From: the human T2T-CHM13v2.0 reference genome, Homo sapiens
Strand: one strand, 5' to 3'
Assembly (NCBI RefSeq): GCF_009914755.1
Contig: NC_060935.1
DNA: 64,000 nucleotides
A model generated the notes under the pieces. That model was given only the letters and a program-made list of their open reading frames with translations, made no database searches and had not been told where the DNA came from. The position numbers and the translations under genes are program-made. Below, one piece after another: positions 24,059-38,220 of this stretch; position 1 is the stretch's first letter; every line of letters starts with the position of its first letter.

Positions 24059-26779
24059 TACTCAGATTGTTGTTCTTTGTTGAAATATGATATATTTATT
24101 CACTCCTGTCCTATCCCCGACGCCACCCAAACTTGCCATTCTGCTTAGTTCTTTTGTTCAGTGACTAGTTGTGTCATCTCTCTCTCTCTAGATCAGAAAT
24201 CTCCATTTCTCATTCCCACATTGAATTTCGTGATTCTAATTCTTTCATAGTTCTCAAATTCATTTACATATTGTCTCCCTGGCAGATTTCCTGATTTTAA
24301 GTTTTCCTCATTTCTTTTCTGGTTAATGCAACACCCACTGAACTGTTCTCTTGGCCTTGGGTATCCTTTATACCTCTGCCAGTGTGAGCCTTATGAAGTG
24401 GAATCTGATCATTTCATGTCCCTGGTTAAAATCATCACTCTTCAGAAAGTAGATTACTGCAGCCCCTGCTGAGTGGGTAGACAGAGATCACTGTCCAGAC
24501 TGTGGGGGAGAATCAAACCCCACCTTCCAGGACACTGGAAATGAACTTGAGAACCATGAGCCAGCCTCCATGGGTAACTGAACTGAGCACTAAGACAATA
24601 ATAGGATCTGGCAGCTCCATTTAGCCTCTTTACATGTGGAACAACAAAATTGCTTTGCAGAGAGAAGAGGGGGTAAGAGACCATGTGGCTACAGAGAGTG
24701 AGGGACTCAGTAATGGATGAGTCTGTGGCCTCGTTTGGGTGATGTGTGTTTAGTTGCTGGAACCAGGCTTTCTGGGTACCTGTCTACACTCCCTGACTTT
24801 GAGTTTGTTTTGATATCTCTCTTAAAAAAAATCACCTTTTACTTAAAGTTGCTCAAGTAAGTTCTGTTTCTTACATACAAAGACTCTTAATGGGAGACCA
24901 GTGGAACTAACTTTGTGTTCAGGGCCCCTGTCCCTAAAATCTGTGATTTCCCTATGCCCAGTAGCTTGCACAAGATAATGCTGATTCCAGTGGTACCTTG
25001 AATTGAAGCAGATTCTGGCACACTTCTCGTTGCATACTATTGCCTCTCCAGGATTGTGGCCAAGAACTGAACCTCACAATTTGGAGCAGGCTTTTAATGC
25101 GCCTGTAGCTCATGTTCATCATAAATGGTTGGCTGTTACTGCTATGCAGAACTGGTGATGATGTCAGGTGTTTTGGATATCTCTATGGAAGTCACAATTT
25201 CACAGAACCTTGGACATTCATTTGTTTATTTAAGATTAATCTAATGCTACTATTTGAAAGAACTGTGTTTGGCATAGGAGATACAAAGAAAATAAAATAC
25301 AATCTCTGACCTCAAAGGACTCTTGGGATTTTAGGGAATAAGTACAAGTAAAAAATAGAAAAAATAGAGAGAGATTATATTATCAGTAATGAAACTGAAG
25401 CCTAGAATAAGGGATGTGATTTAATCAAAGATTTAATTGTAATCTGTCTGTTCTTTCCATGCTGTATATATATCCTATTTGGGCACTAAACCATTCTAAA
25501 TTCTTTGGCAAAATTGGAATAGACAATGGTGGAGAATTAGAGGTTTGGGTTATTCTCTTTTAAGAGAATATGGAATCCAGCATTTTTGGAAACTGAACAA
25601 GCGTTAAGATTGCCAGCCATTAGGCCTGCTTTGGGGAATAACCGTTGCAGTTCTACAAGGTCACCCTACTTAGTGAAAATGAAAAAAATGGATGCAAAAT
25701 ACCCCCTAAATTGCCTAATTAGTTGATTTCCAGTAATAGTAAAATGCAGCTAGGTCAACAGCAACATGGTATCAGTCTTGGGGAGACCACATAAGGCTAC
25801 TGTTATCCTGGATTCATTGCTTTTTGTGAAATTTGGACAAAGTATATTGCAAAATGGAAGTAAAGTGTCAGCAGAGAGGTAGTAAGAGATACTGAGAGAA
25901 TGATTTGAAAGTTCTGACAATAGCTAGGCTGGATAGTGAGATGGCAAGGGTAGGGTGGACAGACAGGAAGGAGGCACTTTGAAAGGGCATCATCTTTGCT
26001 ATGGGAACTCATGGAGAAACTGGTGGCAGGGCTACCCATGCCTTAGGACTTGGAAGGGCTGTCCTGAGGAGTTTAACCTAGGTGGAGAAATTAAATGACC
26101 CCTGAGAGGAGACAAGGTCAAAATGGAGAGAGCAACTGGGTATGTTGGACTTGAAGAAGGCAATAGCAGGTATGCATGGTGTAGAAAAAGAGGCAATAAT
26201 GTTAGTAATGTCAAGAGCTACTTGGGATTATTCAGGGCTGAGTTTGGAAGTATAGTACGCATTGGGTAGATGGGACTTAAAGAAGTCTTCATGTGCTGGA
26301 CACCAGGCAGGGAAACACTAAATAATCATTTGGAACCAAAGATGCAGTGCTTAAGATTTTATTTCTGAATATATGCTAAATGTATAGGAATTCCATTTTG
26401 TCTGTGTTATTTGCATAGAATCAATACAGGATTTTTTGAATTAATTGCACAGGATATTTTGAGGTGAGCTGAAATCCTGAAACATAATATTTTAGCCATC
26501 ATAGCTGGACTTTCTGTTATCTTTTCTAGCCACCAGACTCCCTGTTCTCCATAGGCAATTTCATTTAATCTTGACAACAATTCTATATTGATTGGATCCT
26601 TTCAAAATATGAGCAACAGGGATATATTCAGTTTGCTGGTAAATCGGAGTTGAAATTAAATTAAACATTTAATGTAAAAAATTCACAGGCCATAGAGAGA
26701 CTAATAGAATAAAACTCCTGAACCTTTAATAATTTCTACATTAATTCCCTACTGCTGTTGTTTTATCTACACCCTTTCT

Positions 26780-26936
26780 TACGTCTCCTATCATACAATA
26801 GGATTATTTTGAAGCAAATCCCAGATATCTTGTCTTATCAAGAATTTAAAAGATAAACCTAAACATTTATTTAATAACATGAAATATCCACTCAGGGCTC
26901 AAATTTCTCTCTCTTTCTCTCTCTGCCCCCAACCCC

Positions 26937-26986
<50 letters not shown>

Positions 26987-27345
26987 CACACACAGTTTGA
27001 TTGGATCAGCATCTAAAGAAGGTTTATATATTGCATTTAGATGATATATCTATTCAATATCTTTTAATTTATAGGTTCTACTTCTTTGTATTATTTCCTT
27101 GAGATATATTTGTTGATGAAACAGTCATTTCTCCTATGAAATTTTTCTTACTCTGAGTTTTGCTGATTGCTCCCCATGGTATCATGAAATGTTCCTCTGT
27201 CTCTCCATTTCCATGTATTTCTATGAAATTAGTACTTAGCACTAAATCTTGATGTGATTCAGATTCATAATTTTTTATAAATAAAATCACCTCATAGGTG
27301 GTGGTATATATGTCCATAAAAAAAAATAGTGTCTGTTCTCTCCTT
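26780..27345 (-). mobile_element. Old L1 (L1MC4/5-like) 3' region, outermost host of the nest; continues at ~28117-28270, ~37240-38220 and possibly ~41380-41860
   Basis: gattattttgaagcaaatcccaga, ttgcatttagatgatatatct and gaattagccatttccccaaagaggcctggcttc motifs. Confidence 0.6.
26939..26994 (+). repeat. (CA)n microsatellite preceded by a (CT)n tract
   Basis: Direct reading. Confidence 0.97.
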
Positions 27346-27355
27346 TGATATCAAT

Positions 27356-28116
27356 GTATTAGCTTCCTTGGACTACTAAAACAGAATACCAAAGACTGAG
27401 TGGCTTAAACAACAGAAATTTATTTTCTCACAGTTCTAGAGGTTCAGAGTCTTAGACCGAGGTGCCAATAAAGTTTGTTTCTGGTAAGACCTCTTCCGGG
27501 CTTCTAGATGACTACTTTCTCATTGTTCCCTCATATGGCCTTTTCTCTGTGTGTGCGTGAAGACGGAGCTCTGGTGGTGTCGCTTCCTCTTCTCATAAGG
27601 ACACTCATCCTATTGGATTAGGGTTCCATGCTTGTGACCTTATTTAATCTTAATTGCCTCCTTAAGGTAATTAAGGCCTTTGATGGTTTGAATGTCCCTT
27701 CCAAAATTCATGTTGAGATTTAACTACCGTTGTAATGGTATTAAGAGATGGAACTTTAAGAAGTGATTAGATCATGAGGAATTTGCCCTCATGAATGGAT
27801 TAATTCTGTTTTCATGGGAATTTGCCCCCCTTTATCTTTTTCTGTCTTATGCTCATGCCTCTAGCATGTGATGCTTTCCACCATGTTATGACACAGCAAG
27901 AAAGTCCTCACCAGATGTGGCTAGTTAATCTTGGACTTCTCAGCCTTCAGAACTGTGAGCCAAAAACATCTCTTGTCTTTATAAATTACTTAGTCTATAG
28001 CATCCTGTTATAGCAGCAGAAAATGGATTGAGAGAGACCCTATCTCCAAATACAGTCACATTGGGATCCAGGGCTTCAATACATAAAATATGGGGGGATG
28101 AAATTTTGTCCATAGC
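27356..28116 (-). mobile_element. MLT1B-like LTR split by an MSTD insertion
   Basis: tgtattagcttcc..ggcttaaacaacagaaatttatt.. to ~27680; resumes gaccctatctccaaatacagtcacatt..catagca at 28036-28116. Confidence 0.8.
27681..28035 (+). mobile_element. MSTD-like MaLR LTR
   Basis: atggtttgaatgtcccttccaaaattcatgttg ... gttatagcagcagaaaatggattgaga. Confidence 0.8.
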
Positions 28117-28551
28117 AATTAATAAGCCTATATCCCTATAAGGAGTTTGCAAAAAGGTAACATTCTCTCATTCCTTCTTTATTTGTAATCTGAAATACCT
28201 CTATAGAAAAAAAATTCTTCAACACCTACTTGATTGGTTTAAGGCCCCGTTCATATAAAAAAAAGACAGGTGTTTTTTTTTCCCCCAAGATGGCAGATTA
28301 GAAGCTTTTAGCATGCCTTAGCTACTTGGAAATAGCACGATAGTTCATAAAGGTCTACTCCGTGAGCTTTAATTCAAGAAGGAAAATGGGAATCCAGTGG
28401 AATTATGAAGAACATCACTGATTCCAGGGAGGAGAATGCCAGCAAACAGCTCTGGTGATGGTGTCTGGCTGATAATGGTGATTGAAGCCTAAGTATATGA
28501 GAGAGGCAGACAGCCTTCCCCTGTGACTGACCTTTCCACTGGGAATCCAAG

Positions 28552-29246
<695 letters not shown>

Positions 29247-29737
29247 TTGGTGGTGATACCAAATTGCTCAGTGATACTGAGCAATTCCGGCTGAGATACA
29301 GCACTATGTTTCTCCCAAGCCCTGTAACTAACAGGGAGAGGCTTGAATATGCTGTGATGGAAAGATAGGGAAAAGCTGCAGACACAGTCCCAGAGCCAGG
29401 ACTGAGATAAGGATGCCATTGTTAACCTGGGCACATAAAAAGTCAGCCATTCTTTGGCTACCCAGCAGCATGGCCACACAAACAATATATTCTCAGGCCA
29501 GAGATTGGAGCACCCACTCTGAAGTGGAATAGGAGCTCCCACAGCCAGAACTGAGGAAGGCATTTCAGCATTAGGCATTAGAATTATGCTGTCCCTCATT
29601 GCAAGCGTAGAGGTGGCAGAGAAATACTACAGCAGCAGTTTCTCCTGAGAGGTGAGACTTGCAGCTAGGGACAGCTTGGAAACTTGGAACCGGTCTGTGT
29701 GTGCCATTGCTGGGCACCCTCAGCCTGCTCCCCTGAG

Positions 29738-30240
29738 ATTGTGGTGCAGTAGAGCCCTCTGTGCTCCACCCCCAGGCAGAAATCCAGGCATTTGTAGCAC
29801 CCACTTCCCTAGGCCAGCAGTGTAAGCTGCCTCAATCTCCATGGACATAGATCATGGTGAATTAGGGCTCTCTCTGCTCCACATCCAGGCATTCAGAGCA
29901 TCTTCTCACCTAGATCAGCAGCTTGACCCACCCTACCCTTCTTGGGCAGAGTTCCTGGTGCAGGGACGCCCACTCTGCTTCATGCTTAAGCAGATCTCTA
30001 GGTATTTGGAGCATTTTGTCTATTCAGCAGCCTGAGCTACCCCACCCTTCCTGGATATAGATCATGGTGCACCTGAGCTTTCTCTGATGTATGCCCAGGC
30101 AGATCTCCAGGTATTCAGAGCACCTGCTTGCCCACCCTGTTAGTCTGAGTCACCCCACCCCTCCTGTGCAGACATCTTGGTGTAGTGGGGGCTCTCTCTG
30201 CTCCACGCTCAAATAGATCTCCAAGCATCTGGAGCACCTA
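29738..30240 (+). repeat. Five diverged ~100-113 bp tandem monomers in the L1 5'UTR
   Basis: Recurrent at(c/t)NTGGTG..ctct(c/g)tgct..caggcagatctccagg..agcacc units starting near 29738, 29851, 29952, 30061 and 30174. Confidence 0.8.
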
Positions 30241-31934
30241 CTTTCCCAGATTAGGAGTTTAGGCCCTCTCCCATCCCCATGCAGAGAACTTGAAGAGCTA
30301 AGTAAGCTTCCCAGCTCCATGCCTAGGCACTCCTCTGGGTACTTGGTGGCTGCCTGCTGGATTCTCCCTTGGCACTGATGCTCATGCCTGCCATCAGGGA
30401 TCTGTAGGTGGACCCCCCAGTCCAGCCCTGCCCATCGTGGCCCCCACCCACCAGTGGCTGAACATGGAGCTCAGACCACTGTGCCTTCCATGAATCAGCC
30501 CATTGACTAAGGAAACAGCTTCTGCCAGTAAACAAGGATCATGTATATACCCAGCCATGTTGGCCACAGATTACTTACTTATAAGTACCTTCTACTGGCT
30601 TGTAGGTCAAACAGCACAGCCCAATAATAAAACCCACTAAAAAAGAGTGCTTACGGCTATTGAAGCAAAGCCAAAAGACTGTATCCAGCATTCTCTACAG
30701 TCACATTCCCTAGGGAATGGGGGGAAAAGAAAAAGGAAGGGAAACATAATAGGGAAAGAAAGAAAAAGAAAAAAATCTACCTATATAAAAATAACTACAA
30801 AAATTAGAAGTGCAAGTCTCTCCAGATGATAAGGAACCAGCACAGGAATTCTGGCACCATGAAAAATCTGAATGTGGAGACAACACAAAAAGATCACACT
30901 AATTGGTCCAGCAAGGGTCCCTAACCAAAATGGAAATTCAGAAACTACAGATAAAGAATTCAAAGCACGGATTGCAAGGAAGGTCTATGAGATCCAAGGC
31001 AAAGTTGAATATCAACACAAAGAAACTGCTAAGCAATCCAGGAAATGAAGAAAGAGACATCTTAAAAATAAATCAACCAGAGCTTCTGGAACTGAAAAAC
31101 TCAATGAATTTTGAAATACAATTGAAAGCTTTAGCAATAGACTGAATCAATCAGAGGAAAGAATTTCAGAGCTTGAAGACCAGTCTTTCAAACTAAACCA
31201 GTCAGACCAAAAAAAAAAAAAAAAAAAAGGAATTAAAACAACCAACCAAATTCTTCAAGATACATGGTATTATGTAAAGCAACCAAAAGCTATGAATTAC
31301 TGGCATTCCTGAGAAAGAAGGAGGAAAAGTAAACAACTTGGAAAACATATTGAGGGAATAATTCAAGAAAAATTTTCTAATCTTGCTAGAGAGGTAGACA
31401 TCCAGGTACAAGAAATCTAGAGAACACCTGGGAGAAACTATACAAAACTAACTCCACCAGGGCATATAGTCACCAGACTGTCCAAGGTCAATGCTAAAGA
31501 AAAAATCTTGAAGGCAGCTAGAGAAATAGGTCAGATCATGTGCAAAGGGAACCCTATCAGGCTAACAGTGGACTTCTCAGCAGAAACTTTACAAGCCAGA
31601 AGAAATTAGGGGCCTATTTTTAGCATTCTTAAAAAAAATAAATTTCAACCAAAAATTTCTTATCTCGGGTTGTTCCAAGATGGCCGTATAGGAACAGCTC
31701 CGGTCTGCAGCTCCCAGCAGGATTGATGCAGAAGAAGGGTGATTTCTGCATTTCCAACTGAAGTACCTGATTAATCTCATTGGGACTGGTTGGACAGTGG
31801 GTACAGCCCACAGAGGGTGAGCCGAAGCAGGGCGGGGCATCGCCTCACCTGGGAAGTGCAAGAGGTCAGGCGATTTCCCTTTCCTAGCCAAGGGAAGCCA
31901 TGACAGACTACCTGGAAAAACAGGACACTCCTGC

Positions 31935-32102
31935 TCAAATACTGTGCTCTTCCCAAGGTCTTAGCAACTGGCAAACAAGGTGATTCTCTCCTGTGCCTGG
32001 CTTGGTGGCTCCCATGCCCACGGAGCCTTGCTCACTGCTAGTGCAACAGTCTGAGATCCATCTGCTAGATGGCAGCCTGGCTGGGGGAGGGGCTTCTGCT
32101 AT
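31935..32102 (-). pseudogene. L1 ORF0 remnant (start ATG changed to ATA, premature stop)
   Basis: IAEAPPPARLPSSRWISDCCTSSEQGSVGMG aligns to L1 ORF0 MAGAPPPASLPPCSLISDCCASNQRDSVGVG (recalled). Confidence 0.8.
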
Positions 32103-32699
32103 TGCTGAGGCTTGAGTAGGTAAACAAAGCAGCCGGGAAGCTTGAACTGGGTGGAGCCCACTGCAGCTCAACAAGGCCTACTGCCTCTGGACTCCACCTC
32201 TGTGGGCAGGGCATAGCTGAACAAAAGGCAGCAGACAACTTCTGCAGACTTAAACATCCCTGTCTGACAGCTCTGAAGAGAGAAGTGGTTCTCCCAGCAT
32301 GGCGTTTGAGCTCTGAGAATGGACAGACTGCCTCCTCAAGTGGGTCCCTGATGCCCGTGAAATGGAACTGGGAGACACCTCCCAGTAGGGGTCGACAGAC
32401 ACCTCATATAGGCAGCTGCCCCTCTGGGACGAAGCTTCCAGAGGAAGGATCAGGCAGCAATATTTGCTGTTCTGCAATATTTGCTGTTCTGCAGCCTCCA
32501 CTGGTGATACCCAGGCAAACAGGGTCTGGAGTAGAACTCCAGCAAATTCCAACAGACCTGCAGCTGAGGGACCTGACTGTTAGAAGGAAAACTAACAAAC
32601 AGAAATGAATAGCATCAACATCACCAAAAGGTCATCTACACCAAAACCCCATCTGTAGGTCACCAACATTAAAGACCAAAGGTGGATAAAACCACAAAG

Positions 32700-33504
32700 A
32701 TGGGGAGAAACAAGAGCAGAAGTGCTGAAAATTCTAAAAATCAGAGTGCCTCTTCTTCTCCAAAGGATTGCAGCTCCTCACCAGCAACGGAACAAAGCTG
32801 GATAGAGAATGACTTTGACGAGTTGACAGAAGTAGGCTTTAGAAGATTGGTCATAACAAACTTCTCTGAGCTAAAGGAGGATGTTCGAATTCATTGCAAG
32901 GAAGTTAAAACCGTGAAAAACGGTTAGACAAATGGCTCACTAGAATAAACAGTGTAGAGAAGACCTTAAATGACCTGATGGAGCTGAAAACCATGGCACA
33001 AAAACTTCATGACGCATGCACAAGCTTCAATAGCCAATTTGATCAAGTGGAAGAAAGCATATCAGTGATTGAAGATCAAATTGATGAAATAAAGTGAGAA
33101 AACAAGGTTACAGAAAAAAGACTAAAAAGAAATGAACAATGCCTCCAAGAAATATGGGACTATATGAAAAGACCAAATCTATGTTTGATTCGTGTACCTG
33201 AAAGTGATGGGGAGAATGGAACCAAGTTGGAAAACACTTTTCAGGACATTATCTGGGAGAACTTCCCCAACCTAGCAAGGCAGGACAACAGGCAAATTCA
33301 GGAAATACAGAGAACACCACAAAGATACTCCTAAGAAGAGCAACCCCAAGACACATAATCGTCAGATTCACCAAGGTTGAAATGAAGGAAAAAGTGTTAA
33401 GAGCAGCCAGAGAGAAAGGTCGAGTTACCTGCAAAGGGAAGCCCATCAGACTAACAGTGGATCTCTCAGCAGAAACCCTACAAGCCAGAAAAGAGTGGGG
33501 GCCA
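32700..33504 (+). pseudogene. L1 ORF1p remnant
   Basis: MGRNKSRSAENSKNQSASSSPKDCSSSPATEQSWIENDFDEL; frameshifted and truncated. Confidence 0.9.
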
Positions 33505-34423
33505 TTAATAAATGGTACTGGGAAAACTGGCTAGCCATATGCAGAAACTGAAACTGGATCCCTTCCTTACACCTTATACAAAAATTAATTCAGGATGGGT
33601 TAAAGACTTAAATGTTAGACCTAAAACCATAAAAACCATAGAAGAAAACCTACGCAATACCATTCAGGACATAGGCATGGGCAAGGACTTCATGTCTGAA
33701 ACACCAAAAGCAATGGCAACAGAAGCCAAAATAGACAAATGGGGTCTAATTAAACTAAAGAGCTTCTGCACAGCAAAAGAAACTACCATCAGAGTGAACA
33801 GGCAACCTACAGAATGGGAGAAAATTTTTGCAATCTACCCATCTGACAAAGGGCTAATATCCAGAATCTACAGAGAACTCAAACAAATATACAAGAAAAA
33901 GCAACCCCATCAAAAAGTGGGCAAAAGATATGAACAGACAATTCTCAGAAGAAGACATCTATGCAGCCAAAAGACACATGAAAAAATGCTCATCATCACT
34001 GGTCATCAGAGAAATGCAAATCAAAACCACAGTGAGATACTATCTCATGCCAGTTAGAATGGCAGTCATTAAAAAGTCAGGAAACAACAGATGCTGGAGA
34101 GGATGTGGAGAAGTAGGAACGCTTTTACACTGTTGGTGGGAGTGTAAATTAGTTCAAACATTGTGGAAGAGAGTGTGGCAATTCCTCAAGGATCTAGAAC
34201 AAGAATTACCATTTGACCCAGCAATCCCATTACTGTGTATATACCCAAAGGATTATAAATCATGCTAATATAAAGGCACATTCACATGTATGTTTATTGT
34301 GGCACTATTCACAATAGCAAAGATGTGGAACCAACCCAAATGTCCATCAATGATAGACTGGATTAAGAAAATGTGGCACAAATACACCATGGAATACTAT
34401 GCAGCCATAAAAAAGATGAGATT

Positions 34424-34430
<7 letters not shown>
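33505..34430 (+). pseudogene. L1 ORF2p C-terminal remnant
   Basis: [14 protein letters not shown]..., [23 protein letters not shown] (Cys-rich domain); right boundary approximate. Confidence 0.9.
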
Positions 34431-34833
<403 letters not shown>

Positions 34834-35349
34834 CTATCACAAGGACAGAAAACCAAACACCGCATGTTCTCACTCATAGGTGGGAATTGAACAATGAGAT
34901 CACTTGGACACAAGGTGGGGAAGATCACACACTGGGGCATGTCAGGGGGTGGGGGACTGGGGGAGGGATAGCATTAGGAGAAATACTTAATGTAAATGAT
35001 GAGTTGATGAGTGCAGCAAACCAACACGGCACATGTATACTTATGTATCAAACCTGCACGTTGAGCATATGTACCCCAGAACTTAAAGTATAAAGAAAAA
35101 TTTCCTATCTCCTCAAACGAAGCTATATAAGCAAAGGAGAAATAATATCTTTTCCAGACAAGCAACTGCATAGGGAATTTGCTACCACTAGACCACCCTT
35201 ACAAGATATCCATAAGGGAGTTCCATGCAACAAACGTGGAAACAAAAGAATGATACCTGCTACCACAAAAACATACTCAAGTACATAGCCCACAGATCCT
35301 ATAAAGCAGCTACACAATGGAAACTACAAAGCAACCAGATAACAACTTC

Positions 35350-37053
35350 ATGATAGGATCAAAACCTCACATATCAATATTAAACTTGAGTGTCAATGGT
35401 CTAAACACCCCACTTAAAAGGTACAGAAGGGTGAGTTGGGTAAAAAAACAAGACCAATCTGTCTACTTTCTCCAAGAGACCCATCTTGCATGTAACAATA
35501 TGCATATGCTCAAAGTAAAGTGTTGGAGAAACATCTACTATGCAAACAGAAAACAAAAAAGAGCAGGAATCACTATTCTTATATCAGATAAAACATACTT
35601 TAAACCAAGTACAGTAAGATTTCAAGGACAAAGAAGGCCATTATATAACGATAAAGGGTACAATTTAAGAAGAACACATAACTGTCCTAAATATATACAC
35701 ACCCAACATTGGATCCCAGATTTATAATACAAGTACTTCTAGACCTACAAAAAGGCTTAGACAGCTACACAATAATAGTGGAGAACTTTAATACCATACT
35801 GACAGCATTAGACAGATCACTGAGGCAGAAAACTAACAATGACATTCTGAACTTAAACTCAACACTTGATCAATTGGACCTAATAGACATCTACAGAATA
35901 CTCCACCCATCAACCAAGAAATATACATTCTTCTCATCTCCACACAGAACATACTCCAAGATTGACCACACACTTTGCCATAAACCAAGTCTCAATGAAT
36001 TTAAAAAATTTGAAATCATATCAACCATACTCTCCAATTACCATGGAATAAAAATATAAAGTAACACACAGAAGCTCTCTCACAACCATACAATTACAAG
36101 GAAATTAAACAACTTTCTTCTGAATGACTTTTGGGTAAGCAATAAAATTGAGGTAGAAATAAAAAAATTATTTGAAATAAATGAAAATAGGTGCACAACA
36201 TACCAAATTCTCTGGTATGTAGCAAAAGAAATGTTAAAGGAAAGGTTATAATGTTAGATGCTTCCCACAAAAAGTTAGAAAGATCTCAAATTAACAATCT
36301 GATATCATATCTAGAGGAACAAGAAAAACAAGAACAAACTAACCCCAATGCTAGTACTAGAAAAGAAATAAGTAAAATCAGATAACAGAATGAAATTGCA
36401 GAACAGAATGTAATTGAGACTCCAAAATCCATACAAAAATAAAAAAAATCAAAACTTGGTTTTTTGAAAGGATAAGCAAGATTGATTAACAACTAGCTAG
36501 ATGAACAAAGAAAGAAGATCCAAATGAGCACAATCAGAAAAAAAGGTGGCGTTACAACCAATCCCACAGAAATATAAAAGATTCTCAGATATGATTATGA
36601 TCACCTCTATGTATGCAAACTATATATAGAGGAAATAGATAAGTTACTTAGGAACACATCATTTCCCAGTATTGAATCAGGAAGAAATTGAAACCTTGAA
36701 CAAAACAATATTGAGTTCCAAAACTGAATCAGTAATAAAAATCCTATCAACAACCAAAAAAAAGCTCCAGACCGGATGGATTTGCAGCCAAATTCTACCA
36801 GACATACAAAGAACTGGTGCCAATTCTACTGAAACTATTCCAAAACATTGAGGAGGAGAGACTGCTCCCTAACTCATTCTGAAAAACCAGCGTCATAGAT
36901 GTCAAAACCTTGGAAAGACACAACAAAAAGAGAAAACTGCAGGCCAATATCCCTGATGAACATAGCCACACAAATCCTCAACAAAACATTAGCAAACCAA
37001 ATCCAAAAGCACGTCAAAAAGTTAATTCACCATGATCAAGTAGGCTTCATTGC
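35350..37053 (+). pseudogene. L1 ORF2p remnant of the host L1 (endonuclease to the start of RT)
   Basis: MIGSKPHISILNLSVNGLN..LQETHL; YTFFSSPHRTYSKIDH; ends at the QVGFI-encoding caagtaggcttcatt. Confidence 0.9.
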
Positions 37054-37342
37054 CTAAAGATGGCAACAGTAGAAACTGGGGACTACTAGATGGGGGAAGG
37101 AGGGAGAGGGAAAGTGTTGAAAAACTAACTATTGTGACTGTTCTCAGTACTTGGGTGATGGGATCATTTGTATTGCAAACCTCAACATCACACAATATTC
37201 CCAGGTAGCAAACCTGCATATATACCCCTTGAATTTAAAATAAGCATTGAAAACAAAGGGTAGGAAAAATGGTTTTTTATTTTAATTAGCAATATTCAGA
37301 ATAGTGGATTAGTTCCTAGCATCTTCTAAAGTGAACAATGAG

Positions 37343-37343
<1 letters not shown>

Positions 37344-37381
<38 letters not shown>
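37344..37381 (+). repeat. (TG)n microsatellite
   Basis: Direct reading. Confidence 0.97.
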
Positions 37382-37383
<2 letters not shown>

Positions 37384-37430
37384 ATTATTATCTCAATTTA
37401 AATATATAATTTAAATACATTAGATGTGTG

Positions 37431-37688
37431 TTTTTTTTTTTTTTTGAGATGGAGTCTCGCTCTGTTGCCCAGGCTGGAGTGCAGTGGCATGATCTCAGCT
37501 CACTGCAACCTCTGACTCCCAGGTTCAAGCGATTCTCCTGCCTCAGCATCCAGCTAATTTTTGTATTTTTAGTAGAGATGGGGTTTCACCATGTTGGCCA
37601 GGATGGTTTCAATCTCCTGAGCTTGTGATCTGCCTGCCATGGCCTCCCAAAGTGCTGGGATTACAGGTGTGAGCCACTGCACCCGGCC
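37431..37688 (-). mobile_element. Alu SINE (AluSc-like) with a ~35-bp internal deletion
   Basis: cctcagcatccagctaattt lacks the gagtagctgggattacagg segment; TSD agatgtgt. Confidence 0.93.
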
Positions 37689-38220
37689 AGATGTGTTTTT
37701 ATATATTGTAGTTATTATTCTAACTGGTATGTACATCATCTCACATTTAGCCAATGGGATTCTTTTTAAATCTTCCCGAGTCCTTCTGACATGACCTTTG
37801 TTAATGTCCTTGCTTTTTAGGCTGTAAAAATATTTTAGTGTTAACTTGTACATTTCTGGCCTCAGATCTAGAATTAGCCATTTCCCCAAAGAGGCCTGGC
37901 TTCTTTTAGTGAGAAATGACATTTAGAGAACATTATCTAGTTATGAGAGAGCTCAGTGTGACTGGGTTGATTATTGTGTCCAGGTCTTTTCAATGAGAAG
38001 AGCTAGGAAAGACATTTTTTAAAAGAAAGTACATGATGATGTCATAATATTTCCAATCCAAATTTAGAGATTGCCTTTAATTTCATTTTGGTTTAATTTT
38101 ATTTTATAATTGTATAAAACTTACATAGTTCAAAATCAAATTATGAAACAAGGGATATGTAGAGAAGTTTACCTTCTATTTCTCTGCCTCCATCCTGTTT
38201 TTTTCTCCCAATTTTGTTTA

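Noticed and set aside
29738-30240. Regularly spaced repeats considered as a CRISPR-like array
   Set aside because: Eukaryotic L1 5'UTR monomers; whole units are homologous, with no unique spacers and no cas genes.
32455-32495. Direct repeat gcaatatttgctgttctgca x2
   Set aside because: As I recall, a standard feature of L1PA 5'UTRs of this age.
34934-34968. G-quadruplex-like G-runs
   Set aside because: Standard L1 3'UTR polypurine tract.
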